A stretch of DNA of 64,000 bases from Colwellia sp. (lineage in GTDB: Bacteria; Pseudomonadota; Gammaproteobacteria; Enterobacterales; Alteromonadaceae), in NCBI GenBank assembly GCA_016765685.1, contig JAESPR010000125.1, positions 11,844-75,843 on the forward strand, given 5' to 3'. This document shows positions 52,086 through 63,445 of this stretch, piece by piece (position 1 is the stretch's first letter; each line of letters begins with the position of its first letter). The notes beneath the pieces were generated by a model. The model was not told the origin of the DNA. It did not search any database and saw only the letters and a program-made list of their open reading frames with translations. A program made the translations under genes and the position numbers.

Positions 52086-52247
52086 TGCTATCAAAAAGGC
52101 ATTGGCTTTCATATCGGCGCCCCTAGCATTGCCGGGGGTGATATTGAACAAGCCCTACAGCATGCCAAAACCTTGGTAACACTTGACTCGGAAAAAGGTT
52201 ATGCAAACTTAGCTAAAGTTTATTGGCAAAAAAAGCAAAGCGGTTAA
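52086..52247 (+). pseudogene. internal fragment of a TPR-type protein gene
   Basis: GFHIGAPSIAGGDIEQALQHA..KGYANLAKVYWQ with no start codon; family assignment from recall. Confidence 0.5.
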
Positions 52248-52260
52248 AAAACAAAAAATA

Positions 52261-52998
52261 TTAGTTAAAAAACTGCCCTAAAATAGCTTTGCATTCGGGC
52301 GTATTAACTAAACGAGCAAACTCATCGCCTTCATTTTTAATAACTTGTGAAAGCTGTAATTGAGTTGCTTGGCGAATGAGTTTTCTGCTAGTCATCACTG
52401 CATCGCTAGGCAAACGTGCAATGGAGCTGGCTACTTTTTCGCCGATTTTTAATAATTCATTAGGTGAACAAACTTGATTCGCAATACCGTAATGGAGAGC
52501 TTGTTCAGCCGAAAAAGTATTACCAAGCACCATCAGTTCAAAAGCGCGGCTTTGACCTATTAGCCTTGTTAATAATAAACTTGAGCCTGCCTCAGGACAT
52601 AATCCGAGTTGAGTAAAGGGCAACTTAAATTTAGCATTGCTAGCCGCAATCACCATATCGCAATGTAGTAATAATGTGGTGCCAATACCAACAGCAGCTC
52701 CCGCAACCGCGGCAACAATAGGTTTATTAAATTCACTTAATGTTTTGACAAAATCAAGGGCGACAAGAGAGTCATCTTGAGAGCTTTCAATGAAATCTTG
52801 TAAATCATTGCCAGCAGAAAAACAGTTTTCATCACCGTGAATTAGTACGCAGTTTATGTTGTTATTGTTCTTAGCGTAATCAAAATGCTGGCAAAGCTGT
52901 TTATACATAAGGTTATTGAGCGCATTTTTTTTATCAAGCCTATTTAAAATGATAGTGAAAACGGCGTTGTTTTCTTTGGTAATTATTAAGTCAGTCAT
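52261..52998 (-). CDS. enoyl-CoA hydratase/isomerase family protein
   Basis: NRLDKKNAL, FSAGNDL, KPIVAAVAGAAVGIG, LGLCPEAGSS. Confidence 0.9.
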   Translation of the reverse strand: MTDLIITKENNAVFTIILNRLDKKNALNNLMYKQLCQHFDYAKNNNNINCVLIHGDENCFSAGNDLQDFIESSQDDSLVALDFVKTLSEFNKPIVAAVAGAAVGIGTTLLLHCDMVIAASNAKFKLPFTQLGLCPEAGSSLLLTRLIGQSRAFELMVLGNTFSAEQALHYGIANQVCSPNELLKIGEKVASSIARLPSDAVMTSRKLIRQATQLQLSQVIKNEGDEFARLVNTPECKAILGQFFN

Positions 52999-53075
52999 TT
53001 TGTTACGTTGCCAAGAGTGGTAAGCTAATATGAGTATAAACTTTAAGGGTTCTCAAAAGGGAAGTATAGCGTCCA

Positions 53076-53582
53076 ATGAAAAATAACACTTTATTTTTTT
53101 TATTCTTACTGTGCAATATGGTGAGTTTTTATGGGGTTGCAAATTCAATCTCAGGGGATAAGTATTCAAAAATTTTGATTGAAAATGCCTATGTTCGAGC
53201 AACTATTCCAGGCACCTCAATCTCCTCTGCTTATATGGAAATAGAGAATAAGAGTGGCGAAACAATAACCCTAATGAGTGTTAACAGTAGTGCTTCACCG
53301 CGTATCGAATTTCATCAACATACCATGCACAATGGCATGATGCGTATGCGTAAACTCAATACTATTGATATCAAGCCGAAAGAGCGTGTTAAACTACAGC
53401 CATCAGGTTTACATTTAATGCTATTTGATGTTACCCCTCCTCTTAAAGCACAAGAGCATATTGAACTAACTTTAAATTTCTCTAATAAAAAATATATTGC
53501 TGTGCAGTTGCCTGTCTATAGTCCAGTGCAAGAAAAAACAGCTCAGAAAGCATCATCTAAAATGCACAAGCATCATCACTAG
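53076..53582 (+). CDS. periplasmic copper chaperone PCu(A)C
   Basis: AYVRAT, SAYMEIEN, EFHQHTMHNGMMRMR, LQPSGLHLML; His-rich tail. Confidence 0.88.
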   Translation: MKNNTLFFLFLLCNMVSFYGVANSISGDKYSKILIENAYVRATIPGTSISSAYMEIENKSGETITLMSVNSSASPRIEFHQHTMHNGMMRMRKLNTIDIKPKERVKLQPSGLHLMLFDVTPPLKAQEHIELTLNFSNKKYIAVQLPVYSPVQEKTAQKASSKMHKHHH

Positions 53583-53591
53583 GAGCAAGAT

Positions 53592-54593
53592 ATGAAAATG
53601 AATTTCTCAGCGAAAGTTATTGGTTACACCATAGCAGGCATTTTTTTGTTTTTTTATTTTGTTGGCATGTACTGGAGTGTAGATGTCGATCCTATTGATA
53701 TACGACACGAAGTAACCACGGCGGCAGCGGCTGATAATGTTGCCCCTGTTGTAGGTTACACCACAGCCACCACGTTAATTAAAGTGGCCTCAAGTATTCT
53801 AGATAAATCCGGCGGCTATTTGTCTAACGATGCTTTGCCGCCAGGGGTGTTTTTAGACAATATACCTGCATGGGAATTTGGCGTGTTAGAAATGGTACGC
53901 GATATGGCGTTAGTATTGCGTAAAGATTTCAGTCGTTCACAGTCTCAATCTTTAGAAAATATTCACATAAAAAGGGCACAGCCTAAATTTAATATAGACC
54001 ATGCGAGTTGGGCGATGCCAAGTGCAGAGTCAGAATACAGAAAAGCGATCGATAGTTTATATCTATACAGAAATGCTTTAGTTGGTATTAGCAAGGCGAA
54101 AAACGATAATGCCCAGTTTTATGCTCGAGCTGATAATTTAACTTCATACCTAGATGAAGTGCAAAAACGCCTAGGAAGCTATTCTCAAAGACTCAGCGCC
54201 AGTGTTGGCAAAGAAAAAATCAATACAGATTTGGCTGGGGATAATGACGCTCGGCAGTCAAGTTATGCAGGAACTCATTCCCAGTTAAGAACTAGCTGGT
54301 GGTTACTTGATGATGTTTTTTACGAATCGCGTGGCGCAGCATGGGCGTTATTACATTTCTTGAAAGCAATAGAAATTGACTTTGATAGTGTCTTAAAAAA
54401 TAAGAATGCTACAATCAGTCTACAGCAAATAATTCGAGAATTAGAGGCTAGCCAACAAACGCTTTGGAGCCCAATGGTTTTAAATGGTGATGGTTTTGGG
54501 GTATTAGCTAATCATTCTTTAGTGATGGCCAATTATATTTCACGCGCAAATGCAGCATTAATTGATTTAAATGAACTTTTAAGGAAAGGATAA
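53592..54593 (+). CDS. DUF2333 family protein
   Basis: KSGGYLSND, LDNIPAWEFG, FSRSQSQS, FYARADNL, DDVFYESRG, ANHSLVMANYISRANAA. Confidence 0.8.
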   Translation: MKMNFSAKVIGYTIAGIFLFFYFVGMYWSVDVDPIDIRHEVTTAAAADNVAPVVGYTTATTLIKVASSILDKSGGYLSNDALPPGVFLDNIPAWEFGVLEMVRDMALVLRKDFSRSQSQSLENIHIKRAQPKFNIDHASWAMPSAESEYRKAIDSLYLYRNALVGISKAKNDNAQFYARADNLTSYLDEVQKRLGSYSQRLSASVGKEKINTDLAGDNDARQSSYAGTHSQLRTSWWLLDDVFYESRGAAWALLHFLKAIEIDFDSVLKNKNATISLQQIIRELEASQQTLWSPMVLNGDGFGVLANHSLVMANYISRANAALIDLNELLRKG

Positions 54594-54598
54594 CAACA

Positions 54599-55354
54599 AT
54601 GAAAAAAACAATCATAGCAGCAAGTCTAACGATAATGCTTAGTGCGAATGTACAAGCAGACACTTTGTTAGGGCTTTATATTGGTGGACAGATCTGGGCG
54701 AATCAAGCGAAAGGAACGTTTGGTGAAGGAGAAACTGACCAAGCGGTATTTAATTTTGATGATGAAGTTCAAGGCAGTTTTTTTGTTGCCCTTGAACACC
54801 CTATTCCATTAATTCCTAATATTAAAATAGCTTCTACAACACTTGATACCGTAGGTGGAGCAACCCTCTCGGTAGACTTTACTTTTGAAGGTACTACTTA
54901 TAATGCTACTTCACAACTTGATACCACTTTTGATGCAAGTTATATAGATTATACTTTTTATTATGAAGTATTTGATAATGACTTATTAACATTTGATTTT
55001 GGTCTCACAGCGCGTGATCTTGATAGTAAAATTAAGGTTGTTGAGCAAATGAGTACACAAAGTAGTAACCTTGCGGTGACTGGTTTTATTCCTTTGCTCT
55101 ATGTTAATACTATTATTGGTTTACCTTTTACTGGTTTTAACATTTTCGCTGAAGCAAATTTTTTGTCTTATGATGATAATAGCGTTTACGATTATCAAAT
55201 AGGCGTTAGTTACGAGTTACTTGATAATTTAGCCGTCGATCTTGATGTTACCTTAGGTTATCGCGGTGTCAAATTAGAACTAAATGATATAGATAATTTA
55301 TATTCAGACTTAACGTTTGAAGGTGTCTTTATTGGTACTGTTGTTCATTTCTAA
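54599..55354 (+). CDS. outer-membrane beta-barrel protein (TIGR04219-like)
   Basis: Signal peptide, ALEHPIPLIPN, DYTFYYEVFDND, C-terminal Phe. Confidence 0.78.
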   Translation: MKKTIIAASLTIMLSANVQADTLLGLYIGGQIWANQAKGTFGEGETDQAVFNFDDEVQGSFFVALEHPIPLIPNIKIASTTLDTVGGATLSVDFTFEGTTYNATSQLDTTFDASYIDYTFYYEVFDNDLLTFDFGLTARDLDSKIKVVEQMSTQSSNLAVTGFIPLLYVNTIIGLPFTGFNIFAEANFLSYDDNSVYDYQIGVSYELLDNLAVDLDVTLGYRGVKLELNDIDNLYSDLTFEGVFIGTVVHF

Positions 55355-55429
55355 TGATGGGTGAAAAAAGGTAATAAAATAAAGAGCCTGGCTAAGAATT
55401 AGCGAAAGGAAATTTTTTTACATTCATCC

Positions 55430-55448
55430 TTATTCCTTTTTGGAATAA
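55430..55448. promoter_or_regulatory. palindromic site upstream of cysJ (possible CysB site)
   Basis: TTATTCC-TTTTT-GGAATAA. Confidence 0.45.
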
Positions 55449-55527
55449 CAAGCTCCCATCTATTCTTTTTGGTTTTATTCGTTCTTGTCTATCCTTTACC
55501 TATAAATTGTTATGGGTAAATATTTTT

Positions 55528-57354
55528 ATGTCACAAGAGCAGCTATTTTTACAGCAGAATTCAAATATAACATCAAGTCCACTTGATGTTAATCAACTAG
55601 CGTTATTACAGCAGGCTACCTCTAGTTACACAACATTACAGCTTGCTTGGGCAAGTGGTTACCTTGCAGCAAAAAGTGAACAAGGGCAAGTTGCGCAAGT
55701 GAGTGTGGCACCAGCCCCAGTTGCCGCTAAAACATTAACTATTTTATACGCCTCACAAACGGGTAATGCCAAAGGGGTTGCTAGCCAAGTTGAGCAAAGT
55801 GCTAGTGCTGCAGGTATTAGCACAAAATTGATAAACATTAGTGATTACAAACCAAAAACGCTTAAACATGAAAGCCATATTCTTATTGTCGCTAGTACTA
55901 ATGGCGAGGGTGAGCCACCGGATGATGCCATTGAATTCCATGAGTTTTTATTAGGTAAAAAAGCTCCGAAATTGCCTAACTTGAGTTATAGCGTACTGGC
56001 ATTAGGTGATAGTAGTTATGAATTTTTCTGTAAAACGGGCCAAGATTTTGATGATCGTTTGCAAGCCCTAGGCGCCAAACAAGTTTTGCCACGGGTTGAT
56101 TGTGATGTTGATTATGATGAAGACAGCGAAAGCTGGACTGTAAACATTGTCGACAACCTAAAAGATGCATTAACACAAACTGAAATTGCTTTAGCACCGG
56201 TTATGAATTTACCTGTAGCGGCGGTTAGTCAGTACAGTAAAAAAAATCCGTTTTCTGCTGAATTTTTGTTAAGTCAAAAAATTACTGGCCGTGATTCAGC
56301 TAAAGACGTACGTCATATTGAAATAGATTTAGGTGAGTCAGGACTTACTTACCAAGCAGGTGACGCGTTAGGTGTTTATTTTGATAATAACAGTGCTTTA
56401 GTTGCTGAGTTATTAGTAGCTCTTGATTTTACGGGTGATGAGCAAGTTAGTTTAGTTATTCATAGAGAGCAACAAAACTTATCCTTAATTGACGCGTTAA
56501 CCAGCCACTTAGAAATTACCCAAACCGCCCCTGCTTTTATTGAATTTTGGGCAAAACAAAGTGCTGACAAAAAATTAATAGCAATAGCATCAGATAGAAA
56601 TAGTGCCAGAGAGTTTGCTGGTGTTCACCAAATTATTGATGTGGTTACTTTAGCTTCTGCTGACGTAAGCGCACAAACTTTTGTTGACGCGTTACGTAAA
56701 ATCACGCCGCGTTTATATTCCATTGCATCGAGTCAGGCAGAAGTGGAAGAAGAAGTACACTTAACTGTTGGTTTAGTGAGTTATGAAAATAATGGTAAAC
56801 AACGCTTTGGTGGTGCTTCTCATTTTTTAGCGAATGACCTTGAAGAAGAACAAAAAGTACGGGTATTTGTTGAACACAATGACAATTTCCGCTTGCCTAG
56901 TAATACCAACACCCCTGTTATTATGATTGGTCCAGGTACAGGAGTTGCACCCTTTAGAGCTTTTATGCAGCAGCGTGAAGCCGATGAAGCACAAGGCGAT
57001 AACTGGATGTTTTTTGGCGAACAAACCTTTACTCAAGACTTCTTGTATCAAGTGGAATGGCAGAACTATCTTAAATCAGGATTATTAACCCGCATGGATG
57101 TGGCTTTTTCTCGTGATCAAGCGGATAAAATATATGTGCAAGACCGGTTAAAAGAACAAGCCAGTGAAGTATTTGCATGGCTTGAACGCGGTGCTCACCT
57201 TTATATTTGCGGTGACGCTAACCGCATGGCAAAAGACGTTCATCAAACCCTAGTTGACATTATTAGTGAGCAAGGCCAATTAAACAGCGAACAAGCTGAG
57301 CAATATTTAAAAGATTTACGTAGCAATAAACGCTACCAGAAGGATGTTTACTAA
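55528..57354 (+). CDS. cysJ: sulfite reductase (NADPH) flavoprotein subunit
   Basis: [40 protein letters not shown]. Confidence 0.96.
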   Translation: MSQEQLFLQQNSNITSSPLDVNQLALLQQATSSYTTLQLAWASGYLAAKSEQGQVAQVSVAPAPVAAKTLTILYASQTGNAKGVASQVEQSASAAGISTKLINISDYKPKTLKHESHILIVASTNGEGEPPDDAIEFHEFLLGKKAPKLPNLSYSVLALGDSSYEFFCKTGQDFDDRLQALGAKQVLPRVDCDVDYDEDSESWTVNIVDNLKDALTQTEIALAPVMNLPVAAVSQYSKKNPFSAEFLLSQKITGRDSAKDVRHIEIDLGESGLTYQAGDALGVYFDNNSALVAELLVALDFTGDEQVSLVIHREQQNLSLIDALTSHLEITQTAPAFIEFWAKQSADKKLIAIASDRNSAREFAGVHQIIDVVTLASADVSAQTFVDALRKITPRLYSIASSQAEVEEEVHLTVGLVSYENNGKQRFGGASHFLANDLEEEQKVRVFVEHNDNFRLPSNTNTPVIMIGPGTGVAPFRAFMQQREADEAQGDNWMFFGEQTFTQDFLYQVEWQNYLKSGLLTRMDVAFSRDQADKIYVQDRLKEQASEVFAWLERGAHLYICGDANRMAKDVHQTLVDIISEQGQLNSEQAEQYLKDLRSNKRYQKDVY

Positions 57355-59120
57355 TGAGCAAAGATACCAATACACCAGAAACTACCCAAGCTAAATCTGT
57401 GCTTATTGTTGAAGGTAAACTTAGCGATAATGAACGTATGAAAGCAGAAAGCAACTTTTTGCGTGGTACCATCACTACCGATCTACAAAACAGAATGACC
57501 GGCGGTTTCACTAGTGATAATTCTCAGTTAATTCGTACTCATGGTATGTATCAGCAAGATGATAGAGATATCCGCGCAGAACGCCAAAAGCAAAAGTTAG
57601 AGCCTTTACATAATGTTATGTTGCGTGCGCGTTTACCCGGCGGCATTATCACGCCAAAACAATGGTTAGGTATTGATAAGTTTGCCGATGATTATACTTC
57701 CTATGGCAGTATTCGTTTAACCACCAGACAAACTTTTCAGTTTCATGGGGTATTAAAACCGGATATTAAATTGATGCATCAAACTTTAAACAGCATAGGT
57801 TTAGATTCTATTGCTACTGCAGGTGATGTAAATCGTAATGTGTTGTGCACTTCAAACCCGGTCGAGTCTCAGCTGCATCAAGAAGCATATCAATGGGCAA
57901 CTAAATTAAGTGAACACTTATTGCCTAAAACGCGTGCTTATGCTGAAATTTGGTTAGACGAAGAGAAAGTAGAAACCACTGAAGATGCAGTGATTGAGCC
58001 TATTTTAGGCAGCACTTACTTACCGCGTAAATTTAAAACTACCGTCGTTATTCCACCGAATAATGATATTGACGTACATGCCAACGACTTAAACTTTGTC
58101 GCGATAAGCGATAACGGTAAGTTGATTGGTTTTAACGTACTGGTTGGTGGTGGTTTAGCCATGACTCATGGTGACAAGGCAACATATCCCCGTTGTGCTG
58201 ACGATTTCGGTTTTATCTCTCTTGAGCATACTTTAGCCGTCGCGGAAGCGGTAGTGACTACACAACGTGATTGGGGTAACCGAGTTAATCGTAAGAATGC
58301 GAAAACTAAATATACTTTAGACCGCGTGGGTATTGATACCTTTAAAGCCGAAGTTGAGCGCAGAGCAGGCATCGAGTTTAGCGAGTCTCGTGCGTATGAA
58401 TTTACGCACCGAGGTGATAGTTTCGGTTGGGTTGCCGGCATTGACGGTAAACATCATTTGACCTTATTTATCGAAAATGGTCGCATCCTCGATTTTTCTA
58501 ATAACAATGGCGTAATTAAACCCTTAAAAACCGGTATGGCAAAAATAGCTGCAGTGCATCAAGGCGATTTCCGTATTACCGCAAACCAAAATGTTATTAT
58601 TGCCGGCGTTGCTGAGGCTGATAAAAACGCCATTGAGCAGCTTGCTCGCGAGCATGGATTGTTAAACGATACCACCTCGAATCAACGTAAAAGTTCAATG
58701 GCTTGTGTTGCCTTTCCTACTTGCCCATTAGCTATGGCCGAAGCCGAGCGTTACTTGCCTAAGTTAGTGGATGATGTTGAAGCTATTTTAGCGAAAAACG
58801 ACCTTGAAGGTGAAAGTATTATTTTGCGTGTTACTGGCTGTCCTAATGGCTGTGGTCGTGCCATGTTGGCTGAAATAGGCTTAGTGGGTAAAGGGCCGGG
58901 CAAATACAATATGTATTTAGGCAGTGATTTAGCTGGCTCAAGAGTGCCTAAGCTCTATCAAGAAAATGTTGATGAAGCGGGCGTATTAACTGAAATTGAT
59001 GCGTTAACACAGCGTTGGTCGAAAGAGCGTCAGCAAGGCGAAGCGTTTGGTGATTTTGTTGTGCGTGTCGGCATTGTTGAGCAAGTAAAAATAAGCGTTA
59101 GGGACTTTTATGATGACTAA
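57354..59120 (+). CDS. cysI: sulfite reductase hemoprotein subunit
   Basis: [37 protein letters not shown]. Confidence 0.97.
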   Translation: MSKDTNTPETTQAKSVLIVEGKLSDNERMKAESNFLRGTITTDLQNRMTGGFTSDNSQLIRTHGMYQQDDRDIRAERQKQKLEPLHNVMLRARLPGGIITPKQWLGIDKFADDYTSYGSIRLTTRQTFQFHGVLKPDIKLMHQTLNSIGLDSIATAGDVNRNVLCTSNPVESQLHQEAYQWATKLSEHLLPKTRAYAEIWLDEEKVETTEDAVIEPILGSTYLPRKFKTTVVIPPNNDIDVHANDLNFVAISDNGKLIGFNVLVGGGLAMTHGDKATYPRCADDFGFISLEHTLAVAEAVVTTQRDWGNRVNRKNAKTKYTLDRVGIDTFKAEVERRAGIEFSESRAYEFTHRGDSFGWVAGIDGKHHLTLFIENGRILDFSNNNGVIKPLKTGMAKIAAVHQGDFRITANQNVIIAGVAEADKNAIEQLAREHGLLNDTTSNQRKSSMACVAFPTCPLAMAEAERYLPKLVDDVEAILAKNDLEGESIILRVTGCPNGCGRAMLAEIGLVGKGPGKYNMYLGSDLAGSRVPKLYQENVDEAGVLTEIDALTQRWSKERQQGEAFGDFVVRVGIVEQVKISVRDFYDD

Positions 59121-59907
59121 TTCATTAGTGACTACCAAAGGTGTTACGCGGGTTAATAATTTGCCAGTGCAGAACACGCCGATAAATAATCGTTTTCCTG
59201 CTTCGTTACCTAAACCGTGGTTAGCGCAATGGAACGAAGATTTAGAGAAAAAATCACCCATTGTTCGTATTGAATGGACCATGGAAAATTTGCCAAGCCA
59301 GTTTGTACTTTCTTCTAGTTTTGGTATTCAGTCAGCCGTTATGCTGCACATGATGACACAAATTGATGCCAATATTCCGGTGTTGTTAACTGATACAGGT
59401 CACCTGTTTCCAGAAACGTACCGCTTTATTGAAAAGCTTGCCGAGCGCTTGAACTTAAATTTGCATGTTTACAGTGCGGTTGAAAGTGCTGCATGGCAAT
59501 TAGCAAAATATGGCGAACAATGGGCGCAAGATGAAGAAGCGTTAAAGCAATATAATAGGAAAAACAAAGTTGAACCGTTAGAGCGTGGTTTATCTGAACT
59601 GAATTGTGGTACTTGGTTTTCAGGTGTGCGCAGGCAGCAGTCTGAGCATCGTCAAGGTTTACCGGTAGTGAGTATCTTACGTGGTCGTTTTAAAGTGCAC
59701 CCTATTATTGATTGGGGCAACAGAGATGTGCACCAGTATTTAACTAAGCATAATTTGCCCTATCATCCTTTGTGGGATGAAGGTTATGTTTCAGTAGGTG
59801 ATGTTCATAGCACCAAACCATTAACCTTAGGTATGGACGAAAGTGAAACCCGTTTTGGTCCCGGTCAAAGAGAATGTGGTTTGCATACCGATGGTGATGG
59901 CATATAA
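59110..59907 (+). CDS. cysH: phosphoadenylyl-sulfate reductase
   Basis: [32 protein letters not shown]. Confidence 0.95.
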   Translation: MMTNSLVTTKGVTRVNNLPVQNTPINNRFPASLPKPWLAQWNEDLEKKSPIVRIEWTMENLPSQFVLSSSFGIQSAVMLHMMTQIDANIPVLLTDTGHLFPETYRFIEKLAERLNLNLHVYSAVESAAWQLAKYGEQWAQDEEALKQYNRKNKVEPLERGLSELNCGTWFSGVRRQQSEHRQGLPVVSILRGRFKVHPIIDWGNRDVHQYLTKHNLPYHPLWDEGYVSVGDVHSTKPLTLGMDESETRFGPGQRECGLHTDGDGI

Positions 59908-59908
59908 T

Positions 59909-59962
59909 CCTAAATTCAGCAGTTGATACACTTTTATGTCGCGTCCAACCGCTGAATCTAGG
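59909..59962. repeat. miniature inverted-repeat element, copy 2
   Basis: CCTAAATTCAGCAGTTGATAC ... GCGTCCAACCGCTGAATCTAGG flanked by AT on both sides; homologous to 27581-27650. Confidence 0.7.
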
Positions 59963-59979
59963 ATGATTTCAGTTTTTCG

Positions 59980-60891
59980 CTATTCACTTATCTCAAAATG
60001 ATGCCTTAATTGCTGTTTTAAGGTAGTAAAAAAGTCATCATTAGGTTTGTCACTGATTAAATTGGCTAGTTCAGTGCCAATAGGCGTAAATTTATAAAAT
60101 TGTATGGCAATATTCGATTTTTTACCACTTAGCTTTAATGGTAGCCCATTAAAATAAAAATTAAGCTTTTCTCCGACTGCTATTACGTTTAATTCACTCT
60201 CTTGTTTATAAACTAAGTGATTATCAGCGAGCGATAATATATCTGCGTAATTCAAACCAAAGTGGCTTAAATTAATGTGTTGTTGTCTGTTTTTATTGAA
60301 AAAATTGAGCAGACCAGGCTGCTGGTAGGTACCGGAAATAAGTCGAATGTTTTTTTTGCTCTGGTCTTTCACTGCCAGTGAGCAAGCTTTTGCTAATAAT
60401 TTTGCATCAACAATGCTCATATCGCGAAATACTTTCAATGCCTTTAATGAATAGGAGCCTGGCCGAGTTAACTCACCCATTAATATTTTTGCCCATAAAT
60501 CTTGCATTGTTTTGTTACTAACATTTTCAGCTAACGTGATGTAACGGTCAAACCAGTCTAAATCGGGTCTTTTATCAAGAGATTTATTTGCGCAAAAAGC
60601 AAAGGTTTTATCCATAATGGCTTCAATATTCTCTTGTTGTCGTAAGTAAGTTAACCTTCCGCGTTTAGTGCTACGATCTTCAATAGGCATTTGTTTTTCA
60701 ATAGGCAATAAAGGCGCTTCAAGGCCAAATTGTTGAGTGATTTTGAAAAATTGTTTATGAGTGGGGGATTCTACGTTTTTGCTTTTGAGTTCCTCATTTT
60801 CTATCGGGAGGTTGCTCTCATGCTTCTTATTGTTAGGTTGACCGTTGTTCGGTTGCTCAATGACAATAACTGACGTTTTATCTGTTTTCAC
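59980..60891 (-). CDS. TIGR03899/DUF2806-like protein
   Basis: RQQENIE, DLDWF, MQDLWAKIL.GE..PGSYSLKAL, YKFTPIGTEL. Confidence 0.75.
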   Translation of the reverse strand: MKTDKTSVIVIEQPNNGQPNNKKHESNLPIENEELKSKNVESPTHKQFFKITQQFGLEAPLLPIEKQMPIEDRSTKRGRLTYLRQQENIEAIMDKTFAFCANKSLDKRPDLDWFDRYITLAENVSNKTMQDLWAKILMGELTRPGSYSLKALKVFRDMSIVDAKLLAKACSLAVKDQSKKNIRLISGTYQQPGLLNFFNKNRQQHINLSHFGLNYADILSLADNHLVYKQESELNVIAVGEKLNFYFNGLPLKLSGKKSNIAIQFYKFTPIGTELANLISDKPNDDFFTTLKQQLRHHFEISE

Positions 60892-61121
60892 TTTTACACC
60901 CCATATCCATATAACTTAAAAGATAACTAAAAAGATAACTAAATTAATTGTATGGGTTTATTGAGTATTGTCAAAGTGACTTTTGTTATGTAATACAAAA
61001 TAGGTAAAAAGTGTAAAAGAAAACAGTAAAAAAGTAGCAATAAGGCATAGTTAAGTTATAGTTATGTAATAAGTTGGCTTAACGATATAAAATTCAAATT
61101 TAATTAGCTCCTATTATGCGG

Positions 61122-61149
61122 AATACGGATAATAAAATACGGATAATAA
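61122..61149 (+). repeat. perfect tandem 14-bp duplication in a 5' leader
   Basis: AATACGGATAATAA x2. Confidence 0.8.
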
Positions 61150-61171
61150 AGGTTAGTTACTTGAGGGTAGT

Positions 61172-63397
61172 ATGCAAGTATCAGAAAATTCACAAGATGA
61201 TTTTCTATTTATCGATGATAGCGATGAAGATGAAATTTTAGACGGCACCAGTAAAGAAACGTGGCAAGTTCTTATTGTTGATGATGATCCTGAAATTCAT
61301 TCGGTTACACAGTTAGCACTATCTGATTTAGAGGTACTAGGCCGTCGTCTAGAATATCTGCACGCCTATTCAGGCCAAGATGCATGTAAATTAATTGAAG
61401 AAAACCATGACATTGTTCTAGTATTATTAGATGTTGTGATGGAAACTGATGATGCGGGATTAAATGTAGTTAAGCATATCCGAGAGAATTTACACCGACA
61501 AGATATTCGTATTGTGCTGAGAACGGGTCAACCTGGTTATGCGCCCGAAGAAAGTGTTATTAAAGAATATGACATTAACGATTACAAAACAAAAACGGAA
61601 CTAACTCGTAGAAAACTCGTCACTACTGTTTATGCGGCTATTCGCTCTTATCAACAAATAGCAACAGTCACTGAAAGCCGCCAAGGCTTAGAGAAAATAG
61701 TCTCAGGCTCTGCTAGTCTGCTTGAATTACACTCTATAACCGAATACTGTCAAGGCACCCTAAAACAATTGATTCAGCTTATCGATCAAGACATTGAATG
61801 TTTGTTTTGCGCGAGAGGGCAAGGCATTATAGAACATGCTGACGATTTGAGTTTTTATATCATCGCCCAACAAGGTTATTCATCGGTATTAGCCAATCAA
61901 AAGCTAGAAACCTTAAAAGATGAGAAAATTAGCAAACAAGTTAAAAGCTGTTTTACCCAAAAGACCCACCAATACTTTGATGATTCACTTTATTTATATA
62001 TCGCTAAAGGGGGTTATCGCGCGGTTATTTATCTTACGTTGAACGAAACACTAAGCGATATTCAAAAACAGTTATTGGAAGTGTTTTTAGCTGGAATTGC
62101 TATTGGTTATGAAAACGTTCATTTATTTCAAAAACTCAGTAATGCGGCTTATAAAGATTGGTTAACTAACCTCGCGAATCGATTAGAGTTTGTCCGTTTA
62201 CTTGATACTTTTGCCAAAGATGACGGTGAACATCAGGTGGCGGCATTAATAGACTTGAATCACTTTAGTGACGTTAATGATGCGTTAGGCCAAGATGTAG
62301 GTAATCAACTTTTAACAGCCGTCGCTCAACGTTTACAGACGCTAAGTTGTACTTGTAAAATAGCCCGTGTTGGTGCGGATGTTTTTGGGATGATTGGTTC
62401 GCAATCCTGTTTAACACCGGATGCTTTACTGACTTTATTCGAACAACCTTTTACAGCAGGGGAGCAAAAACTACCTATTAATGCCTGTTTTGGTTTTTGT
62501 ACAAAAGAACATGCTAGTGGCAGTGGTGTACAGGTACTAAACCAAATTAATATTGCTTTAAATCTTGCTAAGAAAAAACAGGTTGAGCATTTTGCTTATT
62601 ATAACCCTGAAATGGAAGATGAAACGCAATGGCGTTTGAATATGATCAGGCAGTTACGTACAGACTTTGCTGATAATCGTCTGGAATTATGGTATCAACC
62701 ACAGCTTGATTTAAGTTCAGGTAAAGTGATTGGTGCAGAAGCCTTATTACGTTGGCGCACTACCGATGGTAATTTTATTTCTCCTGCTATATTTATTCCG
62801 TTAGCAGAATATTCAGGTTTGATTGTTGATATTGGTGATTGGGTTGTTAATCAAGCCTGTGCACAAATTAAAGTACTTGAAGGCAAAATATTTGGCGATA
62901 TCACTATTTCAGTCAATGTTTCTATTCCTCAATTTAGGCGTGGAAACTTTGTTGATACGGTATTGAGTGCTATTAAAAATCATAAAATTCAGCCGAGTAA
63001 ATTAGAATTAGAAATTACCGAAAATATCTTAATGGATGATCCACAAGTGGTTATTGATGCACTGGTTAAATTGAAAAACCATGATATTAGTATTGCTCTG
63101 GATGATTTTGGTACTGGTTTTTCTTCGTTAAGTTATTTACAAAAACTACCCTTAGATCGCCTTAAAGTTGATCGTGCTTTCATTACTGATATTGCTCAAG
63201 AAGGCCAATCAGTTATTGCAGAAACTATTATTGATTTAGGTAAAAAAATGAATCTAAAAGTCATTGCTGAAGGTATTGAAGAAATTGAACAACAAGAGCG
63301 TTTATTAGAACTTGGTTGTGATGAAGTACAAGGTTTTTATTACGCCAAACCGATGCCCGCCAATGAATTTATGAAGTTTTTACAAAATAATAGTTAA
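61172..63397 (+). CDS. REC-DUF3369-GGDEF(degenerate)-EAL c-di-GMP phosphodiesterase
   Basis: LIVDDD, LLDVVME, LRTGQPG; GADVF in place of GGDEF; intact EALLRW, LEITE, DDFGTG, AEGIE. Confidence 0.9.
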   Translation: MQVSENSQDDFLFIDDSDEDEILDGTSKETWQVLIVDDDPEIHSVTQLALSDLEVLGRRLEYLHAYSGQDACKLIEENHDIVLVLLDVVMETDDAGLNVVKHIRENLHRQDIRIVLRTGQPGYAPEESVIKEYDINDYKTKTELTRRKLVTTVYAAIRSYQQIATVTESRQGLEKIVSGSASLLELHSITEYCQGTLKQLIQLIDQDIECLFCARGQGIIEHADDLSFYIIAQQGYSSVLANQKLETLKDEKISKQVKSCFTQKTHQYFDDSLYLYIAKGGYRAVIYLTLNETLSDIQKQLLEVFLAGIAIGYENVHLFQKLSNAAYKDWLTNLANRLEFVRLLDTFAKDDGEHQVAALIDLNHFSDVNDALGQDVGNQLLTAVAQRLQTLSCTCKIARVGADVFGMIGSQSCLTPDALLTLFEQPFTAGEQKLPINACFGFCTKEHASGSGVQVLNQINIALNLAKKKQVEHFAYYNPEMEDETQWRLNMIRQLRTDFADNRLELWYQPQLDLSSGKVIGAEALLRWRTTDGNFISPAIFIPLAEYSGLIVDIGDWVVNQACAQIKVLEGKIFGDITISVNVSIPQFRRGNFVDTVLSAIKNHKIQPSKLELEITENILMDDPQVVIDALVKLKNHDISIALDDFGTGFSSLSYLQKLPLDRLKVDRAFITDIAQEGQSVIAETIIDLGKKMNLKVIAEGIEEIEQQERLLELGCDEVQGFYYAKPMPANEFMKFLQNNS

Positions 63398-63445
63398 AGG
63401 TCTCAAGCTTTTAATTGATAGTAGCGACTGATACCGCAACATTTT

